Positions 57,086 through 64,000 of a DNA stretch of 64,000 bases are shown piece by piece. The position numbers and the translations under genes are program-made. Source of the stretch: Candidatus Kapaibacterium sp. GTDB taxonomy: Bacteria > Bacteroidota > Ignavibacteria > Kapaibacteriales > UBA2268. Within the stretch, counting starts at the first letter, position 1. Every line of letters starts with the position of its first letter. The stretch covers positions 2,464,001 to 2,528,000 of the forward strand of contig OY761611.1 of assembly GCA_963664875.1 (NCBI GenBank). Reading direction: 5' to 3'. The notes beneath the pieces were generated by a model. The model worked only from the letters and a program-made list of their open reading frames with translations. It was not told where the DNA came from and searched no databases.

Positions 57086-57201
57086 TCCGGTGGCTATGGC
57101 ACAGGGGCTACACCTCTTCCCTTTCCGAACAGAGTAGTTAAGACCTGTTGCGCCGATGGTACTGCGTGGGTGACTGCGTGGAAGAGTAGGTCGCTGCCGG
57201 A
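57086..57201 (+). rRNA. rrf: 5S rRNA (operon 2)
   Basis: Same as 51701-51816. Confidence 0.97.
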
Positions 57202-57210
57202 TTCTAATTT

Positions 57211-57248
57211 AAAAAAAGTCTGTATATTAGTTTATGCAGACTTTTTTG
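57211..57248 (+). terminator. Terminator of rRNA operon 2 (likely bidirectional)
   Basis: AAAAAAAGTCTGTATA ... TATGCAGACTTTTTT; unrelated in sequence to the operon 1 terminator. Confidence 0.85.
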
Positions 57249-57385
57249 CGTTTATAGAAGAGTGAAAGAGTCGTTTCACTTATTCAATCTAAAAATTTAA
57301 AAGCAAACATTCATAAGATTGTGTTAGAAATCAAATGAAGAAATTGGTTTAAAAAAAGTTTTATAAGACGATATTTTTTAAATGC

Positions 57386-57760
57386 TTAAGATTTAGTGGT
57401 ATTATTTGAATTATTTTTAGGCTTAGGATTTTTATTCATTTGTCTTTTTGATGATTTTAAATGTGGTAGCGCTTCGGAAGGAGATATAGGTGTAGTTTCA
57501 GAATTAGATTCTGCCTTTTTTGACTTATTAGAGAGCTCAACAGTAATGATTCTACCGCCAAGCTCTATCGAATTTAGTGCTTTGATAGCATGTTCTGCTT
57601 GATTATCTTCCATTTCTATAAAGCAGTAGCCTTGCTTAAGTTTGGTCCTTTTATCAATTGGTCTTTTGAAAGAAATTATGTCTCCAAAGACTGAAAAAAG
57701 GATTTGGATTTCTTCGTCGCTTATGCTGAAATTTATATTTTTGACAAATAGAGTCTTCAT
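57386..57760 (-). CDS. RRM-domain RNA-binding protein
   Basis: RNP2 LFVKNI, RNP1 QGYCFIEM, A..AIKALN..ELGGR.I.V, low-complexity basic tail. Start reassigned to ATG at 57760. Confidence 0.9.
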   Translation of the reverse strand: MKTLFVKNINFSISDEEIQILFSVFGDIISFKRPIDKRTKLKQGYCFIEMEDNQAEHAIKALNSIELGGRIITVELSNKSKKAESNSETTPISPSEALPHLKSSKRQMNKNPKPKNNSNNTTKS

Positions 57761-57803
57761 AGTAAACTTGTGTAAAATAAACATCTTTCAACATAGTAAA
57801 AAT

Positions 57804-59201
57804 CTAAACAACTACTAAATTCTTCTCGGAATATAGCTGTTTATTCATAGAAATATAAGCTACTATACCTGTTATTATACCTGAAATGAGTGCCGCATAG
57901 AATATACCGTCAATATCCATAAAATATGCCCCTAAATAAGATAGCGGGATGTAAAGTACAAAAACATACAGAACTGTTAAAAATGCAGCTTGAAAAGGTT
58001 TGTTCAGCACGTTTAATGAAGTGCCTGCTACCATCATAACACCGCGAAACATATAGCCAATAGGGACTACGAGCAGATACGTTTTGATAATATGAATCAT
58101 TTCTTGTGCTTTTGCCATAAGTTCTGGATTATGAGTAATAGAATCTGAAGCAAAGACAAAAGTTTTGCCTATAGTTTCCCCAAGTAAAGCTAAGACAATG
58201 AAAGAAAATGTACCCCAAACAAGAGAAACAATATAACTACGTTTTACGCCTTCTCTAGCTCTGTCGTATTGACCTGCACCCCAGTTTTGACCGACAAACG
58301 GACCAATAACTGCAGAAAGCCCCATGAATACAGTTAGCATTAAAGATTCAACTCTAGATGCTACACCGAATGCAGCCACTGCATATTCTCCATAGTTTGC
58401 AAGTAATGCGGTAATAATTCCAATTCCGACCGGAACGACTAACTGAGTACCAATGGCTGGTCCGCCGATGACCATAATTTTTTTCCAGGACGCAAGTATT
58501 TCGCTAAATTTTGGAAGCGAGAAGCTAATCATCTGTTCGCGTTTATATAGGATATGCACTGATATGATGAATGTTACGGCTCGAGCTATGACAGTAGCAA
58601 TCGCTGCTCCTGTGAGTCCCATGGGAGGGATAGGGCCCCATCCGAAAATAAAAATAGGGTCGAGCACCAAATTTACAAGCACTGAAATGCCCATTATCAT
58701 GGAGGGTACTTTGGTGTCGCCTGTGGCTCTGATAGCGGCGTTGCCTACTACCGGGACGACGAGGAATATCATACCGGGATACCATACCACCATATAGTCT
58801 TTAATAAGATTGACAGTTTCTGGGGTTGCTCCTAAAATTGAAAATAACCAGTCAAAGCTCAAAATGCCAACTACAACGAAAAAAGCAGTCATAATCAAAG
58901 AAAGAATAAGAGAATCAGTGGTAATGCGAACAACTTCAGATTTATCACCTTTTCCAATTGCTCTGGAAATTATAGAAGAAGCTCCTGTCGACAGTCCCAT
59001 TGCAATTCCCCAAATAAAAAATACAATGGGAAATGTGAAGCTAATGGCAGCAAGTTCTGCATTGCCAAGCATGGAAACAAAATATGTATCTATTAAATTA
59101 AGAGAAATGGCAAACATTATCCCAAAGATAACTGGTATAGATTTGAATACGAGTTGCTTGTTTATGTTGCCTTCTAAATATTGTGGTTTTTTGTCAGACA
59201 T
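57804..59201 (-). CDS. MATE-family efflux transporter
   Basis: NLIDTYFVS.LG, RATGDTKVP, LDPIFIFG...GLTGAAIAT, VGQNWGAG, 12 TM helices. Confidence 0.95.
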   Translation of the reverse strand: MSDKKPQYLEGNINKQLVFKSIPVIFGIMFAISLNLIDTYFVSMLGNAELAAISFTFPIVFFIWGIAMGLSTGASSIISRAIGKGDKSEVVRITTDSLILSLIMTAFFVVVGILSFDWLFSILGATPETVNLIKDYMVVWYPGMIFLVVPVVGNAAIRATGDTKVPSMIMGISVLVNLVLDPIFIFGWGPIPPMGLTGAAIATVIARAVTFIISVHILYKREQMISFSLPKFSEILASWKKIMVIGGPAIGTQLVVPVGIGIITALLANYGEYAVAAFGVASRVESLMLTVFMGLSAVIGPFVGQNWGAGQYDRAREGVKRSYIVSLVWGTFSFIVLALLGETIGKTFVFASDSITHNPELMAKAQEMIHIIKTYLLVVPIGYMFRGVMMVAGTSLNVLNKPFQAAFLTVLYVFVLYIPLSYLGAYFMDIDGIFYAALISGIITGIVAYISMNKQLYSEKNLVVV

Positions 59202-59341
59202 AGTAGTGTCTCTAAGTTTAATGATTTAGTGTTGACGAAATTAGACGTGTAATAATATAAGAAAGTTTCATTGTAATAGGGAGAGTGTTTTGTTCTAGAA
59301 CTAATATTTCTTGTCTCTCTATAATATAATTCTGACTCGAT

Positions 59342-59371
59342 AAAAAAAGCTGCCCCATAATGAGGCAGCCT
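59342..59371 (-). terminator. Intrinsic terminator after large T9SS cargo gene
   Basis: GCTGCC / GGCAGC stem with a T7 run on the minus strand. Confidence 0.8.
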
Positions 59372-59406
59372 AACAAATATATTAGCTATAATCTTTCTTA
59401 GTAAGA

Positions 59407-62400
59407 TTATTTTGTAATTACCATACTTCCTTCGCCAACAAATGTATTTTGTTCCAATCTGATGATGTATGCACCACTTGGCAAATCTTTTGTTGATACA
59501 TTTACTTCGTAAGAACCTGCTTGCTGGTAAGAATCAAATACTACTTTCACTACTTCACCTTTTTCATTGTATATTTTCAATGATGCAGGTGCGTTAAGTG
59601 CTACGCCGTATTTAATGCTTGCTGTTTCGCCTACCACCGGATTTGGTGCCAAGCTTGGTGCAAGGTTTGCTCCGCCTGTTGAACTGATTAGGTTGATATC
59701 CTGAATACAATTTACTAACGGAATTTCTTGTGTTGAAGATGTGTATGTGATACATTCATCTCTTGTCGCAAATGTTACATTTGTGATTTCAGGCATATAC
59801 TTAGTATCTCCACTCAAATACAGCAAGAATAGCGGGTTAAGCATTGCTGCTCTTGCGTCTGCATAGTTTAAGTATCCTGCTCCGCTTGTGCTGATTGTGT
59901 AAGTATCTAAGAAATATTCGCCGTCTTCTTCTGTGTTTGATTTCACTACTTCAAAGCCCGGAGTTGCATTCAAAGCAAATGGTTTATCTACTTTGATTAA
60001 GCCCATCCATTCTTTTTTGTATTTGTATGTGATACTCAATGATTTGATTTCCAAATCACTCCATTCGTCTTTGTTTGCTATTTCAATGAAGAAGTAGTTT
60101 GTATAGTGTGGTACATTGCCGCCTGTGTTGTATGAGAACATACCCGGCTGTATCGGAATTGCTTTTAGCTCTGTACCTACTCGTGTTTCAATTTTTTGTG
60201 AAATATCTACATTAAGCAATCTTGCTGATGCTGTCAAATCGGCTGTCATTGTTTCTTTTTCTGTGCTACCGACAAAGTGATATTTCATTGCTACTTTTGC
60301 ACTAAAATTCAATGTCATACCAGGTGCTGCTTCATAAATTGATTTATCTACTGCTGTAGGATCAAAAAGCACTTCGCAGATTGAATTTCCACCCATGGTG
60401 ATTGTTGAACCGTAAAGAACAGCTTTTACTGCATCTGTTACTACGAATACGTTGTTGTCATCTTCTGTAATAACTATTTCGTCAACGATAAGATTTTGAG
60501 ATTGAGATAAGTTATTGAGTTTTACATTTGCTGTAAGATTATTACATCTCATTGTCATACCGTAAGCAATGCCTTCTACTGTCGCATCACCATCAACTAC
60601 ATAACCTCTTAGGAAGCCTTCATCTTCAGGGTTTACTGAATTTTGTACAAAGTCTTCGTAAACCATTTGATAGCCTGGTACGCCTGAGCCGGGCACATGG
60701 TTAGAGTTTACTGTAATGTCTGTTTCTTTGATGAAGCCGTTTGTAGGATCTACCTGATCCAAACCTACGTTTGGTGTCATTAACGGTGGTGCAAATGCAT
60801 AGTCAACAGTAACTTTACCTTCTGTCGGTACTGTTATTGGGAATGTTACATTAGCATACGGAACACCGTCAATTGCTACAGGAATAAAATCATTTGCATA
60901 CGCTGGGTTGATAGATATTGATCTAACTTCTAAAACTTCGTGTTCGTCAGAGTTTATAATCTCAATTTGTTTTACTTCAGCATCTGCTAAGGCTTTACCC
61001 GGTGCAGTTTTAGTAAATGTTGCTTCTGTTACTTTCACATTCGGCATTGTTCCGTGACCGGTAAGCATATTGGTAGCATCTTCTTGGAACTTTTTGTCTA
61101 AATCTGTTTTAGTATAGTATTTAGCAAAAATTCTTGCTTGTATATTTTCTCTTTCTTCAAATGGAACAAATACAACATTAAATGTATATGTTTCGCCTTC
61201 GGCTAATTCTATACCTTTATAATCATCACTTGGATCAATATTGTATTTAGCTACTAAATTGCCGGTACCATCTACGAACATGAAATTGTCGTTAGAAGGA
61301 ACAGCATCAATAAATGCTAATTCTGTTACGACAACAACTTCGTTACCTGTATTCTCAACAGTTACTGTTGCAGGGGCACCTTTTTCATTAATAACTTTTT
61401 TAGTGCCAACATGCTGCATACCAAATATGCATTCAGATAGAGTTACAGTACCTTGAGAAGAAACAAGATCCCATTCAGAAATTGAATCGCTTTCAGCAAT
61501 CGGATCAAATGCATTATTTGAGAATACCAAATTATCCTGATAGCGACCTATCGCTGAAGGTGTGAAATATTCACCCATTATTTGTACTTTCCACTCTTCT
61601 CCCTTACTAAACATTCTTGGTTGAATTTCAATTGGGAATGTTACAGGAGTATTGTTTTTATCACGTGGAGTGAATCTAAATTCAGGAATTACAGTTTCAA
61701 ACATAGCTTTAGTAACTATCAAAGTGTCAGAGCCCGGATTTGAGATAATTATACCATTTAGGCCATCTCCATCGAAGCCACTTGCAACTGTTTTTTCAAT
61801 TTCATTGCCTGGGAATGCCGGCTTTGATGATTTCCACTCAGTTACTTTAATTTTTGGAGTTACACCCTGACCTTCAATTGGCCATTTGAAGTCCAAACAT
61901 TCAGCTTTGAATGATATTGAATCTAAATCGAAATCTTCGGGATCTTCGACTTCTTCTGTTGGGTGGTATTTCAATCTCAATTCCATTTCTTCGCCAACAG
62001 CAAGTTCTGTTACATCGTAATCACCCCAATCTTCTACTATTTCAAAGAACTCACCATCAACCAATTCTTTAGTATTTACCTGCAAAGGTCCTCTTCCTGC
62101 GTTTTGGAAAGTAACATCAATGAAGTGATCTTGAAAAATTTGGCATCTGCCAAATACTATAGATTCTGGCTTCACGATTTTCAAAGAGTCTGCAAAATAT
62201 TCTACAGAGTCAATTGTTATATTACCTTCCTGATCTGCAACATAGAAATAGCATTTTGCATCTTGGAATTTATCTAAAACAGATAATTTAAAGAGATAGT
62301 CATCATGCGGTTCGTATTTCCAATCCTGTGGTTGACCGTTTTTGTTTACATACTGAGGTTCACTAATATTATAAGAAATATATTTGTAACCCTTAATAGT

Positions 62401-63999
62401 TGAGTCCATTATGATAGTTGCAGGCTCGTCCCATACTTCAGTATCAACCTGACGTGGATCTGCGTTGACATTAGGATCTATTGTTAATTCAGTCACGTGA
62501 ACTGTCCATTCGCCGCATTCACCCTGAATGCTTACTGCTGGTGGAACTGTATCAGTTTCAGACAATTTTTTAAGTGCCATAGCTGCAGGCCATCCATAAG
62601 AGTCAACTGATTTGAATCCATAGATATACCCACCAAATTTCGCAACACCATCTGTGCTCATGCTATGAACACCCGGAGCAATTTTGAATCTTGCCCAATA
62701 CAAATCAGTACCAGGGATTCTGTTAGACAAGAAAGAAGGCATCTTATCAACAACTTTTGTTCCATCAAAAAGAATTGATTGCAAACCTTTCTTTTCCGGA
62801 TCGTTAGGATCATCCCAAGCTACTATATTTAAGTGATTTTCGCCAAATGTTTTATTTGGTGGTGCCTGGAAGATAGTACCGTAAATATATTGTTCAACTG
62901 AAGTTACAGGCCACATAAAAGGATCGTACTGAGCACCATCCCATGCTGAAGAGTAAGAATATTGCATAATGAATATTGGTTTGTCAGCTTGGAATACTGA
63001 AGTACCTGTAACTGATTTAGCTGTTGGATCAGCATTCATCACATCAGAAATTTCAATAAATTCACCACCATTTTGTAGAACACCACTCCTCGCACCTAAG
63101 GATTCTTTAGTATTAAAGTCATACCAAGACATGGTGTAAGAAGTGTTATCTTCAAGTGCTAAAATTCTAAACAAGTCACCTTTTGTGGAACCACCTCTTG
63201 CTAAAGCAACTGATGCATAATACTGCCCCCATGTATCTACAGGCATAGGTTGAGCACACAAGTGGTCACGAGAGCTGTTTTCAAGAATAGGAATAACCGT
63301 ACGCCAGTGATATGATACAATACCAATTGGTTTGTCTGCTTTGATATAAGTTCCGGTAAGATCAAACTGACCTCTTGTCAGACCATCAGATTGTATCTGA
63401 TAAACTTCCCCGGCATTGACCTTAACGTTGAAAACACTTCCTATTGATTTTGTTTCATCTTTCATCAAAGTTGCAATGTTTTTATCGCCAACACCTCTTA
63501 ACCTAACATTTACCTTTGTATTGTCTTCTGAGCCAATAATAAGGAAACCGTTAGCAAAAGTGTTTGTTGCACTTTCATAATTATCATAGTAAGAACAGTG
63601 CATATATTCTGTCTGCCAAGAATCTACAGGCAGCGCCATATAGCCGTCTGAAGTTGTGTTTTTTGAGTTCATCACATAAACAGATACAGGACCTGTTGCT
63701 TCTATTGTGATTGTTTTTGTAGTGGCTGTATTTGGCTCTCTACATTCGGCTGCAGTATATGAAAGTCCTTCTGCATCATTTATCGTAAAAACATCTCCAC
63801 CTTTGAGAGCTTTTTTCTTTTTTGTACCCATGATGTCCATATCAAGTAGTACATCATTAGCACTTGCTATGTAAACCTCAATAGCGGAATCAGACCAACC
63901 ATAGCCTGCTGATTCATTAGGCGGAATAGCCACAATGAACTTACGGCCCATCTGACCTTGACCTAATTTGAAGTCGCGAGCTCTTTGTTCGCGTATTTT
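59407..63999 (-). CDS. Large IgGFc-binding-domain protein with multiple Ig-like domains and T9SS CTD (5' end beyond window)
   Basis: Frame is open to the window edge. GRKFIVAIPPN, SDGYMALPV, DLTGTYI, QPMPVDTWG, YG..SYGW. CTD APNPV...KIYN..GE.V...LPSGAYII..ITK. Confidence 0.88.
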   Translation of the reverse strand, partial: KIREQRARDFKLGQGQMGRKFIVAIPPNESAGYGWSDSAIEVYIASANDVLLDMDIMGTKKKKALKGGDVFTINDAEGLSYTAAECREPNTATTKTITIEATGPVSVYVMNSKNTTSDGYMALPVDSWQTEYMHCSYYDNYESATNTFANGFLIIGSEDNTKVNVRLRGVGDKNIATLMKDETKSIGSVFNVKVNAGEVYQIQSDGLTRGQFDLTGTYIKADKPIGIVSYHWRTVIPILENSSRDHLCAQPMPVDTWGQYYASVALARGGSTKGDLFRILALEDNTSYTMSWYDFNTKESLGARSGVLQNGGEFIEISDVMNADPTAKSVTGTSVFQADKPIFIMQYSYSSAWDGAQYDPFMWPVTSVEQYIYGTIFQAPPNKTFGENHLNIVAWDDPNDPEKKGLQSILFDGTKVVDKMPSFLSNRIPGTDLYWARFKIAPGVHSMSTDGVAKFGGYIYGFKSVDSYGWPAAMALKKLSETDTVPPAVSIQGECGEWTVHVTELTIDPNVNADPRQVDTEVWDEPATIIMDSTIKGYKYISYNISEPQYVNKNGQPQDWKYEPHDDYLFKLSVLDKFQDAKCYFYVADQEGNITIDSVEYFADSLKIVKPESIVFGRCQIFQDHFIDVTFQNAGRGPLQVNTKELVDGEFFEIVEDWGDYDVTELAVGEEMELRLKYHPTEEVEDPEDFDLDSISFKAECLDFKWPIEGQGVTPKIKVTEWKSSKPAFPGNEIEKTVASGFDGDGLNGIIISNPGSDTLIVTKAMFETVIPEFRFTPRDKNNTPVTFPIEIQPRMFSKGEEWKVQIMGEYFTPSAIGRYQDNLVFSNNAFDPIAESDSISEWDLVSSQGTVTLSECIFGMQHVGTKKVINEKGAPATVTVENTGNEVVVVTELAFIDAVPSNDNFMFVDGTGNLVAKYNIDPSDDYKGIELAEGETYTFNVVFVPFEERENIQARIFAKYYTKTDLDKKFQEDATNMLTGHGTMPNVKVTEATFTKTAPGKALADAEVKQIEIINSDEHEVLEVRSISINPAYANDFIPVAIDGVPYANVTFPITVPTEGKVTVDYAFAPPLMTPNVGLDQVDPTNGFIKETDITVNSNHVPGSGVPGYQMVYEDFVQNSVNPEDEGFLRGYVVDGDATVEGIAYGMTMRCNNLTANVKLNNLSQSQNLIVDEIVITEDDNNVFVVTDAVKAVLYGSTITMGGNSICEVLFDPTAVDKSIYEAAPGMTLNFSAKVAMKYHFVGSTEKETMTADLTASARLLNVDISQKIETRVGTELKAIPIQPGMFSYNTGGNVPHYTNYFFIEIANKDEWSDLEIKSLSITYKYKKEWMGLIKVDKPFALNATPGFEVVKSNTEEDGEYFLDTYTISTSGAGYLNYADARAAMLNPLFLLYLSGDTKYMPEITNVTFATRDECITYTSSTQEIPLVNCIQDINLISSTGGANLAPSLAPNPVVGETASIKYGVALNAPASLKIYNEKGEVVKVVFDSYQQAGSYEVNVSTKDLPSGAYIIRLEQNTFVGEGSMVITK

Positions 64000-64000
64000 T

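Overview
Chromosomal window from an AT-rich Bacteroidota/Chlorobiota-related bacterium, most consistent with a Kapabacteria/Ignavibacteria-like lineage. This placement is inferred from T9SS C-terminal sorting domains, TTTG-N20-TAnnTTTG promoters, a futalosine-pathway mqnA, a chemoreceptor and Shine-Dalgarno use. Housekeeping genes include coaBC, tnaA, pgi, a trmH-like methylase, mqnA, anmK, pyrD and rpoN. Envelope and secreted proteins include an alpha-2-macroglobulin, a TMTC-like glycosyltransferase, two IgGFc-binding/T9SS proteins, an Omp28-like protein and a 1774-aa fibre-like protein with 4 x 159-bp repeats. There are also several signalling proteins, a RhuM-family pseudogene, a translationally coupled ABC-type ATPase + small TOPRIM pair (candidate anti-phage/toxin system), and two complete rRNA operons (16S-tRNAIle-tRNAAla-23S-5S) in direct tandem. 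No CRISPR array, transposase, integrase or reverse transcriptase was seen. All calls come from reading motifs by eye; no database searches were run.
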